DNA of 64,000 nucleotides from Gemmatimonadaceae bacterium (GTDB lineage Bacteria > Gemmatimonadota > Gemmatimonadetes > Gemmatimonadales > Gemmatimonadaceae): contig DASZZO010000053.1 of assembly GCA_035544915.1 (NCBI GenBank), positions 373-64,372 of the forward strand. Direction: 5' to 3'. Position numbers and translations under genes: made by a program. Each line of letters opens with the position of its first letter. The stretch's first letter is position 1. Positions 17,939 to 28,168 of the stretch are shown in pieces. Under the pieces are notes generated by a model. That model ran no database searches. It had not been told where the DNA came from and was given only the letters and a program-made list of their open reading frames with translations.

Positions 17939-20041
17939 TTAGGGCTGCACAGCGGGCCGCATCCCCAGCGTGTGCCGGTCTATCCAATCGAACTCCCGGC
18001 GCATCTTGTCGATCTGGTGGTAGTACTCGCCGAACCCGTGCCCCTCGCGCGGATAGAACACGAGCTCCACCGTCTTGCCGCGATCCTTGAGCGCGCGGTA
18101 GAACTCCATCGGCTGGCCGATCGGCACGCGCTGGTCGTTGCCGCCGTGCATGATGAGGAGCGGCGTCGTCACCTTGTCCGCGTACGTGATGGGCGAGCGC
18201 TCCCTGTAGAACGCGAGCGTCTCCTTCGCGGGCAGCCCGTTGAAGAACGTGCCGATGTAGCCCGGAATGTCCGTCGTGCCGTACATGCTCTCCAGATCGG
18301 CCAGACCCGCACCCATCCGCGCAGCCTTGAAGCGCGTCGTCTGGCCCACCACCCATGCCGTCATGTACCCACCGTAGCTCCAGCCGGCCACGGCGAGTTT
18401 CTCCGGATCGGCCATGCCGCGCGCAATCACGGCATCCACGCCGCTCATGATGTCGCGATAGTCGCCGCCGCCCCAGTCTGGAATGTTGCCGCGCATGAAC
18501 TTCTCGCCGTAGTTCGTCGAGCCGCGCGGATTCGGGTAGAGCGTCGCCCAGCCGCGGCCTGCCCAGTACTGGCCGGGCGAGTTGGGGCTCGCCTTGAAGC
18601 CGGCGTTGCTCGCGCCGGTGGGTCCGCCGTGAGGCTCGACGAGCAACGGCACCCTCTGGCCCGGCCGGTAGCCGACGGGCTTGAGCAGGATCCCTTCCAC
18701 GGTCTGGCCATCGGTGCTCTGCCAAGTGATGACCTCGGTCTCGCCGAGCGCGATTGACGCGAGTTGGGGGTTCATGTGGCTCAGCCGCTGGGGCGAGGCG
18801 AAGCCCGGATCGGTGACATAAATGTCCGACGGTTCGAGCGATGACTGGATGGAACACGCGATGCGCGTTCCATCCCTCGTAAACGAGAGCGCGCCGATGA
18901 GCTGGTGGTTCGTGATTTTCTGGTAGCTCGCCGATGCGACATCGAAACTCCAGACACTGGACCAGGCCCGGTCGCCGGCCGTGAAGTAGATCCGCTTGCC
19001 ATCGGCCGACCAGTGCAGCGCGCCGGGTGAGTCGTCGAATTGCTTCTCGCTGTAGGCGTCCCGCGCTCTCATAGTCGCGACGTCGTACAGCACGAGGTGC
19101 GAGTTGCGCTGCTCGCGCTCCATCATGCCGTCGCCGTGCGGGCTGTGGGTCTGGGCGAGCGCGCTGAACGCAAGCGTCGAACCGTCGGGCGACCATTGCG
19201 GTGTGCTCTGCACTGCACCGAATGGCACCTGGACCGGCGAAACAGCGCCCGCGGCCAGCGCTACGATGTACGCCGCCCGCCGCTCATCGCGGATCAGCGT
19301 GGTGGGCGAGGTGACGAACGCCAGCCGCGCGCCGTCGGGCGACCACGTGGGCGCGCCGCGCACGGTGTACATCGCGGAGTGCGCGATCTCGCGCGCCTTC
19401 TTCGTGGCGAGCTCGATCACCCACAGGTGCGTGAGCCGTTCGTCGCCCTCAAAGACCTGGGGGTCGTCGTGGCGCTTCCGACGCGACTCTTCTTCGCGCG
19501 AAAGGGAATCGGTGCTCAGGAATGCAATGGAGTGTCCGTCGGGCGACCACGAGTAGCCGGTTATGCCGTCCCGGGCGCTGGTCAGCTGTTCGGCCTCGCC
19601 GCCGGCGAGTCTGAGCAGGTGAATCTGCGCTCTCGGGCCCGATGCGTCGTCACCACCCGTTGCCGCAGCACCTCGCGCGGAGATGAACGCCAGCGTCGTG
19701 CCGTCGGGCGACCACAGCGGCTGCGATTCCCCGCGCTCGCTGAATGTCAGTTGCCGGGGCCGCCCTGCCCCATCGGCCGGCACGAGCCACACATGCCCGC
19801 GCACATCGTGCCGGTCGCTCTTGGCGGTATCGCTCTTGGCCCCTGGATGCTCCCAGCCACTCACGGTGAACGCGACGAGCGTGCCGTTCGGTGAAATGGC
19901 GGGCCCGCCCACGTTTTTCATCGCCATGATATCGTCGATCGACATGGGATGCCTGGTGGTGCCCTGCGCAACGGCCGCGGCGGCGCCGAGTGCGAGTGCG
20001 GCGAAGGCGAGCGTGAGATGGGTCCGGGCGGGTTGGGTCAT
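17939..20041 (-). CDS. S9-family serine peptidase (beta-propeller + alpha/beta hydrolase)
   Basis: Signal peptide MTQPARTHLTLAFAALALGAAAAVAQG. Repeated WSPDG propeller motifs. Nucleophile elbow GWSYGGYMT, then GGNDQRVP and HGF. Confidence 0.85.
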   Translation of the reverse strand: MTQPARTHLTLAFAALALGAAAAVAQGTTRHPMSIDDIMAMKNVGGPAISPNGTLVAFTVSGWEHPGAKSDTAKSDRHDVRGHVWLVPADGAGRPRQLTFSERGESQPLWSPDGTTLAFISARGAAATGGDDASGPRAQIHLLRLAGGEAEQLTSARDGITGYSWSPDGHSIAFLSTDSLSREEESRRKRHDDPQVFEGDERLTHLWVIELATKKAREIAHSAMYTVRGAPTWSPDGARLAFVTSPTTLIRDERRAAYIVALAAGAVSPVQVPFGAVQSTPQWSPDGSTLAFSALAQTHSPHGDGMMEREQRNSHLVLYDVATMRARDAYSEKQFDDSPGALHWSADGKRIYFTAGDRAWSSVWSFDVASASYQKITNHQLIGALSFTRDGTRIACSIQSSLEPSDIYVTDPGFASPQRLSHMNPQLASIALGETEVITWQSTDGQTVEGILLKPVGYRPGQRVPLLVEPHGGPTGASNAGFKASPNSPGQYWAGRGWATLYPNPRGSTNYGEKFMRGNIPDWGGGDYRDIMSGVDAVIARGMADPEKLAVAGWSYGGYMTAWVVGQTTRFKAARMGAGLADLESMYGTTDIPGYIGTFFNGLPAKETLAFYRERSPITYADKVTTPLLIMHGGNDQRVPIGQPMEFYRALKDRGKTVELVFYPREGHGFGEYYHQIDKMRREFDWIDRHTLGMRPAVQP

Positions 20042-20172
20042 TGCTGAATCCTCGGGCGAGTCTGTAGCGCTTCCCCACGGCATTGGAGCGAGGGTGGGAG
20101 CTGCAGTGGAACTACGGATGACAGGGATATCTTACGGATGTTCGCAGATACTTGCTCGGGGGAACTCCCCAG

Positions 20173-21075
20173 TCACGGCACCAGGGTCGGCTCGTAGTTG
20201 AGGACAAACTCGATGAACTTCGATACCTCGATCATGTCGCGGCCGATGAACCGCACGGAGTGCGCGCTGGTGCGCTGGACGGTGGACAGGAAAGCGAGCA
20301 GTTCCACGGGCCGATAGTTCTTGAAGCTCAAGTCGAGCCGCACCGGCGTCGTCACGACGAAGGGACGCAGCTCGGCGCGGCGGGAGACGCCGGCTTTCAC
20401 CTTCTCGCGCACGAGCTTCTGGGCGGCCTCCGGCGTCATGCTCGCGGCCGCGTGAAAGCTGATAGCACGCTTGACCACCGCGCCCTCGATCGGGCCCAGG
20501 AGGGCCTGCGCCTCCGCGACCGCCGCGTCATCTCCCGTGATGGCCACCACGGCCACGCCAAACCGGCCCGCAATCGCCGCGTTGACTCCCGCCTCGGGCA
20601 TCGCCACGCCATTCAGTTCGACTCGCGTGAGATTCGCGCTCGACATCGTGTGCGCGCGCACGCCGGTCGGGCTCGTCGTGGACGCGTGATAGCCGATGAA
20701 GACGGCCGCTGCGAAGCTCGAGTCGATTCCCTCCATCATCATGAGTGGCCGCGGCCAGGAGCGCACCAGCGTGACATCCTCGGGCAATCGCTCGATGAGG
20801 ATGTTCTCGCCATTGCCGTGCGAGTCGCTCACCACGATCGTCGTGGCGCCGGCGTCGCGCGCGCCCTGGATGGCGGCGAGGACCTCGGCGGTCATGAAGC
20901 CCCGGAACCGTTCGTATTCGAAGCCGGTCGTACCCAGTTGGTCGCCCGAGACGACACCCGCGATCCCCTCCATGTCAGCGGAGATGTACACCTTGAGAGC
21001 ACGCTGCGCCTGGGCCGCGGAACGCGCCACGCAGAGCGTGACGAGCAGGACAACGGCATGTGAGAGGCGATTCAT
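20173..21075 (-). CDS. M55-family D-aminopeptidase (DppA-like)
   Basis: LKVYISADMEGIAGVV...VVSDSHGNG...GYHA...ITGDDAA matches the DppA pattern. The ATG at 21075 gives an N-terminal signal peptide. Confidence 0.85.
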   Translation of the reverse strand: MNRLSHAVVLLVTLCVARSAAQAQRALKVYISADMEGIAGVVSGDQLGTTGFEYERFRGFMTAEVLAAIQGARDAGATTIVVSDSHGNGENILIERLPEDVTLVRSWPRPLMMMEGIDSSFAAAVFIGYHASTTSPTGVRAHTMSSANLTRVELNGVAMPEAGVNAAIAGRFGVAVVAITGDDAAVAEAQALLGPIEGAVVKRAISFHAAASMTPEAAQKLVREKVKAGVSRRAELRPFVVTTPVRLDLSFKNYRPVELLAFLSTVQRTSAHSVRFIGRDMIEVSKFIEFVLNYEPTLVP

Positions 21076-21211
21076 GACCGGAGCGCGCGTTGAGGTGGCG
21101 TACCCAGGCGCGCAGCCATTGAAGCGGCGCCTTGTTCCTGCGAATGTTATGATGGCTGTTGCGCCGTAGCCAGCGGCACCCTGGCCACACACCGTTCGCA
21201 AGGAGCGCCGT

Positions 21212-21775
21212 ATGCGTGCCGTTTCAGGTCATCGTCATATCCTCGGCGCCGTCATGTGTCTGGGCGGCGCCGTCGCCCCCGCGCTATCCGGGGCACAGGA
21301 GGTGGCAGCCGCACCCGCACCGTGCCACCTTCAGGCGTGCGGACTCGCCTTCGATTGGGGATCGGGCAAGACGTCAGCGAACTACCCCTCGGACCGCCGC
21401 TACGGTTCGGGCGACGATTTCGAAGCGAAGATGCGCAGCGCCCTCGCCGACCACGGCGTCCGCACCAAGGACGCACCCGCGGACGGCCCCCTGCTGATCA
21501 CACTCAAGCCGACCATGCGACCCAGGTCCATGTGCGATGCGATGGCGGGAACCAGCACCGACATGAGTTGCACGTCGATGTCGGACCTCACGGTCACCTT
21601 CGCGTCGAGCGATCCGGCCGTGAAGGCACCGAACGCCATGCACTTCTCGAACCGCTGTGGCGCGCGCGACACGTTCATGACGATGGCGCAGTTCGGTCAG
21701 TATGCGGCGGACATGCTGTACTACGCGCTGGAAGGGGCGCAGAAGAAGGAGGCGAGGCCGGTGATGCGGTGCTAA
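21212..21775 (+). CDS. Hypothetical secreted Cys-rich protein
   Basis: AGGAG lies 6 nt upstream of the ATG. There is a signal-like N-terminus and high GC3. No family recognised. Confidence 0.55.
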   Translation: MRAVSGHRHILGAVMCLGGAVAPALSGAQEVAAAPAPCHLQACGLAFDWGSGKTSANYPSDRRYGSGDDFEAKMRSALADHGVRTKDAPADGPLLITLKPTMRPRSMCDAMAGTSTDMSCTSMSDLTVTFASSDPAVKAPNAMHFSNRCGARDTFMTMAQFGQYAADMLYYALEGAQKKEARPVMRC

Positions 21776-21799
21776 GGAGGGCGGGAGGCGATATCCGCC

Positions 21800-23116
21800 C
21801 TAACACGGCAGCGTGAGCTTCGCCTCGCACCCGCGCCCATTCTGCCGCTCGGTGAGCGCCAGCATCCCGCCATGCGACTCGGCGATCTGACGTGACAGCA
21901 CCAGCCCGATGCCCGTGCCGCCAGGCTTCGTCGTGAAGAAGGGAACGAAGAGGTTGGCCGTCTCGGGCAGGCCGGGTCCGTCGTCCTGCACGACGAGCTC
22001 GAAGCGCGAGGCATCGGCCGCCCAGCGAACGCGTACGCCAGCGTCCTTTTCCGGTGACGCGAGTACCGCGTCCACGGCATTCGCCACGAGGTTGATGAGT
22101 AACTGATCCAGCTGGTCGCCATCGGCGTTCAGTGTCATGGCTGGTCCGCCGAGGATCTCCACGGGCATCCGCGTCTCGAGGCGCACGGTGCGGTTGACCC
22201 AGGCAGCAACGTCGACTGTGGAGCGCCGCGGAGGAGGCAGTTTCGCGAGTCGCGTGTACGACGCGAGGAACCGGCCGAGCGCCTCCGAGCGCGACGTGAT
22301 CACGCCGAGTCCACGCTGGAGGTCCTCCCGCAGCTCCCCCTCCGGAGGCGAGCGGCCCAGCAGCTCGTGCAGGCGCTCGGCGATTGACTTGATGGGGGTG
22401 ATCGAGTTGTTGATCTCGTGCCCCAGCACGCGCACGAGGCGCTGCGTGGCCAGGCGTTCTTCGTCGCGCAGTGCGCGACTCACGTCCGCGAGCACCACGA
22501 ACTGGTGCGGCCGGCCACCCTGCCGGAAGTCTCCGCGCCGCACTTCCCAGCGGGCGCGCTGGCCACCGAGCGACAGCTCCACCATCCGCGGCGCCACGCC
22601 CTGCAGGCATTCGCCCAGCCCCAGTTCCTCGGCGCGCCGGCCCAGCAGTCGTTCGGCGGGCTGAGCGAGCAATCGCTCACCAGACGCGTTCACCACGCGA
22701 AGCGCGCCCGCGTCGTCGAACGCAAAAACGGCGACGTCGATTTCCGCCATCACGCGGCGGAGCAGTGCGGTGGCCTCGAGCGAACCGAGCCGCCGTTCGC
22801 GCAACTCGTCCATGAGCGTGTTGATCTCGAGCATCGCGAGCCCCAGCGAATCGTCCGCGTCCGCACGGCGCGAACGGAGCGAGTAGTCCTGCTCGCGGAT
22901 GGCCGCGAGCATGTTGGAGAGGGTTTGCAGCGGTCGGACCACACGCTCGCGCAGGGTGAGGGCGAGCACGAGCCAGCAGATCAGGAGCAGCACGGTGAGC
23001 GTCCACTGCGTGCGCGGGGCGTAGTCGCCCGCCCAGAGGAGCCAGAGCGCCACGGCAAGGGCGGGAACGGGCGCGGCGAGCGCGAGGCGGGTAACCTGGC
23101 GCTCGTGGCTGCTCAT
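21800..23116 (-). CDS. Sensor histidine kinase (2 TM + HAMP + HisKA/HATPase)
   Basis: H-box HEINNSITPIKSIAERL, N-box LINLVANAVDA, G-boxes DDGPGL and GTGIGLVLSRQIAESHGG. Confidence 0.85.
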   Translation of the reverse strand: MSSHERQVTRLALAAPVPALAVALWLLWAGDYAPRTQWTLTVLLLICWLVLALTLRERVVRPLQTLSNMLAAIREQDYSLRSRRADADDSLGLAMLEINTLMDELRERRLGSLEATALLRRVMAEIDVAVFAFDDAGALRVVNASGERLLAQPAERLLGRRAEELGLGECLQGVAPRMVELSLGGQRARWEVRRGDFRQGGRPHQFVVLADVSRALRDEERLATQRLVRVLGHEINNSITPIKSIAERLHELLGRSPPEGELREDLQRGLGVITSRSEALGRFLASYTRLAKLPPPRRSTVDVAAWVNRTVRLETRMPVEILGGPAMTLNADGDQLDQLLINLVANAVDAVLASPEKDAGVRVRWAADASRFELVVQDDGPGLPETANLFVPFFTTKPGGTGIGLVLSRQIAESHGGMLALTERQNGRGCEAKLTLPC

Positions 23117-23134
23117 CGAGTCGCGGGCCGCGAG

Positions 23135-24490
23135 TTAGAGGCCGTGTCGCTGCAAGCGCCGGTAGAGCGCGCTGCGCGACAGACCCAGTGCCTGGGCGGC
23201 CAGACTCACGTTGCCGTCGAACCGCGAAAGGGCCTTGGTGATGAGCACGCGCTCGACTTCTTCGAGGCTGAGTTCATCGAGGCGCGGCGCCGCCGCGCTC
23301 GCGGCGCCGAGCGAGAAGTCGCCGGCGCGCACCGTGTCGCCTTCGGCAAGGAGCGTCGCGCGCTCGACCGCGTGCGCGAGTTCGCGCACGTTGCCCGGCC
23401 AGGCGTACGCCATGAGCACGCGCATCGCGTCGGCATGGAACATGCACGCGCGCTTGCCGTAGCGCGTGGCATGCTGCGCCAGAAAATGCACCGCGAGCAG
23501 CGGAATGTCGTCACGCCGCTCGCGAAGCGGCGGCAGGTGCAACTCCACCGTGTTGATGCGAAACAGGAGGTCTTCGCGAAAGCGGCCCGCGGCCACTTCG
23601 GCGCGCAGGTCCACGTTGGTCGCGGCCAGAATGCGGACGTCAACGCGGCGCGTCTTGGACGACCCCACGCGCTCGAGCTCGCCGGACTGGAGCACCCGCA
23701 GCAGCTTGGCCTGCTGCGCGAGTGACATGTTGGCGACCTCGTCGAGAAAGAGCGTGCCGCCGTCGGCGAGCTCGAAGCGGCCGATGCGATCCGTTTTCGC
23801 ATCCGTGAATGCGCCTTTGGTGTGCCCAAAGAGTTCGCTCTCGAACACGCCATCGGAGAGCCCGCCAAGGTTCACCGTGACCATCGCGCGCCCGGCTCGC
23901 GGCGAGGCGGCATGGAGCCAGCACGCTACGACCTCCTTGCCGGTGCCGTGCTCACCAGTGATGAGGGCATTCGCGTCCGAAGGCCCGATCCGCTCCATCA
24001 ACCGGAGCAGCGGCTGCATGGTGCCCGATTGTGCGATGAGACGGGGCGCACCAGGCGGACGCAGCGCGAGATTCTCGCTCTCGAGCCGCTGGCTCCGGCG
24101 AATGGCGCGCCCGAGTTCAACCTGCGTGCGCAGGACGTTGAGCAGGCGCGTATTGTCGAACGGCTTCTCGATGTAGTCGCGCGCTCCGCGGCGCACCGCC
24201 TCAACCGCCCCCTCGATGCTGCCCCAGGCGGTCATGACGACGACGGGCAGCGTTCCATCGAGCTGCTGCAAGCGCGACAGGAGATCGAGTCCCTCGGTCC
24301 CGCCCGTGGTGTCGCGGGTGTAGTTCATGTCCATGAGCAGCGCATCGAAATCGCGCGCGGTGACGGACGCGGCGACTCCCCCGGGCGACGTGACAGTCTC
24401 GACCTCGTACCCCTCGCTCTTCAGGAGGAGGCGGAGGGCCTCGAGCACATCGCGATCATCATCGGCAACGAGCAGGCGGGTTGGACGCAT
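23135..24490 (-). CDS. Sigma-54-dependent response regulator (NtrC family)
   Basis: Receiver domain (LLVADDD..DALLMDMNY), AAA+ Walker A GEHGTGKE, GAFTDA loop, ESELFGH, and a C-terminal Fis-type HTH (AAQALGLSRSALYRRL). Confidence 0.9.
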   Translation of the reverse strand: MRPTRLLVADDDRDVLEALRLLLKSEGYEVETVTSPGGVAASVTARDFDALLMDMNYTRDTTGGTEGLDLLSRLQQLDGTLPVVVMTAWGSIEGAVEAVRRGARDYIEKPFDNTRLLNVLRTQVELGRAIRRSQRLESENLALRPPGAPRLIAQSGTMQPLLRLMERIGPSDANALITGEHGTGKEVVACWLHAASPRAGRAMVTVNLGGLSDGVFESELFGHTKGAFTDAKTDRIGRFELADGGTLFLDEVANMSLAQQAKLLRVLQSGELERVGSSKTRRVDVRILAATNVDLRAEVAAGRFREDLLFRINTVELHLPPLRERRDDIPLLAVHFLAQHATRYGKRACMFHADAMRVLMAYAWPGNVRELAHAVERATLLAEGDTVRAGDFSLGAASAAAPRLDELSLEEVERVLITKALSRFDGNVSLAAQALGLSRSALYRRLQRHGL

Positions 24491-24499
24491 CGCTCAAAG

Positions 24500-25159
24500 C
24501 TACACCAGCCAACCATCCTTGAGATTGATGATCCGGTTGCCGTACTTCGCGTTCTCCTCGGAGTGCGTGACCTGCACGATGGTTGTGCCGGCGGTGTTCA
24601 AGCGCTTGAACAGCTCCATGATTTCGCGCCCCTGCGCCGAGTGCAGGTTGCCCGTCGGCTCGTCGGCAAGGAGCAGGAGCGGTTCGTGAATCAGCGCGCG
24701 CGCCACCGCCACCAGTTGCTGCTGCCCTCCGGAGAGCTGCGCAGGATACAGGTCTTTCTTGGCGACCATTCCGAAGCGGTCGAGGGTGTCGGCCACGATC
24801 GACTGGCGTTCGGTCTTCTTGATATCCCGGTAGGACAGCGGGATGTCGAGGTTCTCGGCGACGGTGAGATCGTCGAGGAGGTGATACTGCTGAAAGACGA
24901 ACCCGACATACTTCTTGTGCAACGCCACGCGCCGCTTGGTGTCGAGCTTGTGCACGGCGTTTTCGAGCAGGTCGTATTCGCCCGTCCATGCGCCGTCGAG
25001 CATGCCGAGTACGGCGAGCAGGGTGGACTTTCCGGCACCCGACGGGCCCATCACCGTCACGAACTCACCCTGCTTGATGTCGAGGGTGATGCGGCGGAGG
25101 ACAAAAGTCTGGCCGCCGGCAATTGGGTAACTCTTTTCGATGTTTCTCAGGGAAATCAT
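24500..25159 (-). CDS. ABC transporter ATP-binding protein (MacB/LolD-type)
   Basis: Walker A GPSGAGKSTLL, signature LSGGQQQ, Walker [15 protein letters not shown] 25159 directly abuts the TAA of the preceding ORF. Confidence 0.9.
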   Translation of the reverse strand: MISLRNIEKSYPIAGGQTFVLRRITLDIKQGEFVTVMGPSGAGKSTLLAVLGMLDGAWTGEYDLLENAVHKLDTKRRVALHKKYVGFVFQQYHLLDDLTVAENLDIPLSYRDIKKTERQSIVADTLDRFGMVAKKDLYPAQLSGGQQQLVAVARALIHEPLLLLADEPTGNLHSAQGREIMELFKRLNTAGTTIVQVTHSEENAKYGNRIINLKDGWLV

Positions 25160-25588
25160 TTACGGGCAGTCGAGAGTTGAGAGTCGAGAGTTGAGAGTTC
25201 TGGAGACGGGAGACTTGAGTTTTGAGATGTGAGTTGGGCGCCTTGTGCTTCGCATCAGCGCCATGAGCATCCGCTGGATCTCGTCGAGGTTCGCGGTGAC
25301 GCGGTGGAGGTCGGACGAAGGAATGAATCCGAGGTCGCCGGCAATGAGCAAATGACTCTCGAGCTCCCGTGATGAGGCGATCGCGATCTGGTACAGACGG
25401 GCCTGGTCCCCGGAGGTCTTGCGCCCCGAACTCTCCGCGATGTTTGCGGGAATCGAAACTGCCGCCCTTTGAATCTGAGATGAAAGGCCCTGAAGCTCGG
25501 CGGCCGGGAACGTCCTGGTGAGCCGGTATGCAACCACAGCGAGCGCACGCGCTCGCTGCCAGACAATCAACTCCTTGAAGTCAGCCAC
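25160..25588 (-). CDS. Four-helix-bundle protein (23S rRNA intervening-sequence protein / Avd family)
   Basis: ADFKELIVWQRARALAVVAYRLTRTFP..LSSQIQRAAVSIPANIAES.G.....ARLYQIAIAS.RELESHLLIAGDLGFI is the canonical family pattern. GTG 25588 is preferred, with TTG 25618 as the alternative. The last ~12 codons are encoded by the repeat arm. Confidence 0.85.
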   Translation of the reverse strand: MADFKELIVWQRARALAVVAYRLTRTFPAAELQGLSSQIQRAAVSIPANIAESSGRKTSGDQARLYQIAIASSRELESHLLIAGDLGFIPSSDLHRVTANLDEIQRMLMALMRSTRRPTHISKLKSPVSRTLNSRLSTLDCP

Positions 25589-25759
25589 CGCGTCACCATG
25601 AATGGAGAGGTGACTCAATCTGGCATTTGGGAAACGTACCGGCGGACCGTTGCGTCGCCAGACGTCTCAAAGGAATGCCGCTCGAAACTCTCACCTCGCA
25701 ACCCTGAACTCCCGTCCCCCCAGCTCTCACCGCCGGGCTCTCAACTCTCGTCTGCCCCC
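25160..25759 (-). mobile_element. Inverted-repeat-bracketed four-helix-bundle cassette (IVS-like / MITE-like, putative)
   Basis: The arm at 25164-25219 and the arm at 25703-25758 are near reverse complements; 19 of the outermost 20 nt match. The element exactly fills the spacer between the ADOP stop (25759-61) and the ATPase ATG (25159). Confidence 0.5.
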
Positions 25760-28161
25760 TATTCCGTTCTCAATGCGACCACCGGATCCACCCGCGCCGC
25801 CCGGCGCGCGGGCAGATAGCAGGCGACCAGGGCGACAACCGCCAGCATCAATGGGACCGCGATGAACGTGAGTGGGTCGGTGGCAGGCACGCCGAACAGC
25901 TGCTTCCGCAAAAGTTGTCCGGCGCCCCAGGACCCGAAGAGACCGATGACGGTCGCAACGGCGATCACGCGGGCACCGCCGCCAAGCAGCAGTCGCACCA
26001 CCTGGACATGCCGCGCGCCGAGCGCCATGCGGATTCCGACTTCTCGCGTGCGCTGCAGCAGGACAAACGACATCACGCCGTACACGCCCACCAGGGCGAG
26101 CACCAGGGCGAGCAGCGCGAATGCCCCCGTGAGAACCAGCGTGAAGCGCGGCAGCGCTGTCTGTCGGCGCAGGAAGGCGGTCATGGGCTGCACGCGCCAC
26201 ACGGGCTGGTCGCGGTCCACCGACCAGATCGCTGCGCGCACGGATTTCGCCAGGGTGGCCGGATCGCGGTCCGTGCGCACGACGAAGCTGTTGAACGCCC
26301 CCGCGGCCTGCGATGTCGGCTGGTAGAGCTGCGCGCTTGGCGGATCGCCGAGCGCCTGTTGCGTGATGGTCCCTACGACGCCCACCACGGTCACCCAATC
26401 CGGCTGCGGCGCTCCCAACAGCTTGAGCCGCTTGCCGAGCCCCGATTTTCCCGGCCACTCGCGACGTACGAACTCCTCGCTGACGATGGCCACGTGCCGT
26501 GTCTCAGGCTTGTCAGTCGCGTTGAAGTCGCGCCCTTCGAGAAAGCGTATACGGAGCGCGGAGAAAAATCCGTCGGATACGGTGTTCTGCAGCGCCGACG
26601 AGGGCACCACAGCCGGCGCCGCGCCCTCGCGTTCGTAGGGAACGACGCCAAAGTTGCCGCTCAGCGGCACGGAGCGCACCAGCGCGGCCGCCCGCACGCC
26701 CGGCACGCGGCGAACCTCGTCCAGTGCGCGAGTGAGAAACTGGGTGATCTCCTCTGGCGTCTGATACTTCGATGCCGGCAGCCTGAACTCGCCGCTCAGC
26801 AGGTTGCTCGTGTCGAAACCGGGGTCGACGTGCTGGAGCGCCGCCAGACTCCGCGCGAGCAGACCCGCTCCGACAAGAAGGACCACACAGACCGCGAGCT
26901 GCGCGGTCATCAGTACGGTGCGGACATCCACCCGGCGTCGCGCGCGCCCGTCGCCGGAACGCATATTGAGCGCCTCCTTGAGGTCGGGCCGCGCTGCAGA
27001 CAGCGCCGGCACGAGGCCGGCCACGAGTCCCGCGCCAATCGTCACGGCCAGCGCGAACAGCAGCACTCGCATATCGAGCGTGACCGCGCCGAAGGCACCG
27101 AGCCCGCCCGGGACCATCGCAACGAGCGTGTCGAGCGACCAGCCGGCCAGCACGAGCCCTGCCACGCAGCCGAGCGCGGCGAGCACGAGGCTCTCAGTCA
27201 GGAGCTGACGAATGAGCCGCGAGCGGCCGGCCCCGAGTGCGGCGCGCAGTGAAAGTTCACGACGGCGGCCGGTTGCGCGCACGAGCTGGAGATTCGTGAG
27301 GTTGGCGCACGCGATCAGGAGCACGATGCCCACCGCGGCGAAAATAGTCAGCAGCGGATCGCGGTTTCCGGCGACAGTGTCCCTGAGGGATACGACGGTC
27401 GCGCCGATGCCCGCGTTCGCGGCGGGATACTCCGTCGCGAGCTCGCCGGCGATGCCCGAAAGATCGCGCCGGGCCTCCGCGAGCGACACGCCCGGCTTGA
27501 GGCGGCCCCAGGCCCATACATTCTTCGCGTTGCGGACGTACCATGACGCACCCGGCGCCGTGGGAAGTGGCAACCAGGCATCCACCGGCGCGAGCGGATC
27601 GCGAAACTCCTTCACGGTCACGCCGATCACCTGGCGCGGCCGGCCGTCGAGCACCAGTGTCCGTCCCACGATGCTCGAGTCGCCGCCGAACCGCGTGGTC
27701 CACGCAGCCCACGAGAGCACAGTCACGTCAGGCGCCGTCCCCTGTGCGGTCTCCTCAGGCCGGAAGAGCCGGCCGAGCGCGGCGCGGGCGCCGAGAACCG
27801 AGAGTGTGCTCGCCTCGACGTAGGCCCCCGACACCCGGTCAGGCGCGTCGCGTCCGGTGAGGCTCACGCTCTGCTGCCGCTCGACTCCGATGCTGGCGAA
27901 CGTCCGGCTGCGGGCGCGAAAATCCTCGATGTCGGGGATCGAGAGCAATCGTCGCTCGGCCCCGCGCTCCGCCCAGAGCATCACCAGGCGGTCGGCCTCC
28001 GGGTACGGGAGCGGACGCAGGAGCACGGCGTCGATCACGCTGAAGATCGCGGTGTTCGCTCCGATGCCAAGCGCAAGCGTGAGCACGGCGGCAAGCGTGA
28101 AGCCGGGGCTCCGGCGCAGGGAACGAAGGGAGAAGCGGAGATCCCTCAGGAAGTGGTCCAA
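25759..28161 (-). CDS. ADOP-family ABC permease (duplicated MacB/FtsX-like domains)
   Basis: The N-terminus [59 protein letters not shown] is the ADOP signature. 800 aa with two MacB_PCD+FtsX modules. Apparent TTG start. Confidence 0.9.
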   Translation of the reverse strand: MDHFLRDLRFSLRSLRRSPGFTLAAVLTLALGIGANTAIFSVIDAVLLRPLPYPEADRLVMLWAERGAERRLLSIPDIEDFRARSRTFASIGVERQQSVSLTGRDAPDRVSGAYVEASTLSVLGARAALGRLFRPEETAQGTAPDVTVLSWAAWTTRFGGDSSIVGRTLVLDGRPRQVIGVTVKEFRDPLAPVDAWLPLPTAPGASWYVRNAKNVWAWGRLKPGVSLAEARRDLSGIAGELATEYPAANAGIGATVVSLRDTVAGNRDPLLTIFAAVGIVLLIACANLTNLQLVRATGRRRELSLRAALGAGRSRLIRQLLTESLVLAALGCVAGLVLAGWSLDTLVAMVPGGLGAFGAVTLDMRVLLFALAVTIGAGLVAGLVPALSAARPDLKEALNMRSGDGRARRRVDVRTVLMTAQLAVCVVLLVGAGLLARSLAALQHVDPGFDTSNLLSGEFRLPASKYQTPEEITQFLTRALDEVRRVPGVRAAALVRSVPLSGNFGVVPYEREGAAPAVVPSSALQNTVSDGFFSALRIRFLEGRDFNATDKPETRHVAIVSEEFVRREWPGKSGLGKRLKLLGAPQPDWVTVVGVVGTITQQALGDPPSAQLYQPTSQAAGAFNSFVVRTDRDPATLAKSVRAAIWSVDRDQPVWRVQPMTAFLRRQTALPRFTLVLTGAFALLALVLALVGVYGVMSFVLLQRTREVGIRMALGARHVQVVRLLLGGGARVIAVATVIGLFGSWGAGQLLRKQLFGVPATDPLTFIAVPLMLAVVALVACYLPARRAARVDPVVALRTE

Positions 28162-28168
28162 AGGAGAG

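Noticed and set aside
16640-19196. ORFs 16640-17614(-) and 17643-19196(-) (324 and 517 aa)
   Set aside because: They are shadow ORFs, opposite to or out of frame with the VIT, VOC and S9 peptidase genes. Their composition is R/P/G-rich and they carry no family motifs.
25160-25588. Diversity-generating retroelement (the four-helix-bundle protein acting as Avd)
   Set aside because: No reverse transcriptase ORF, template/variable repeat pair or target gene with a C-terminal variable region is visible nearby. Family membership alone is not enough.
22418-27252. ORFs 22418-23725(+), 23822-25180(+) and 25915-27252(+) (435-452 aa)
   Set aside because: They lie antisense to the well-supported kinase, sigma-54 regulator, ATPase and ADOP permease genes. 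They are high-GC shadow ORFs.
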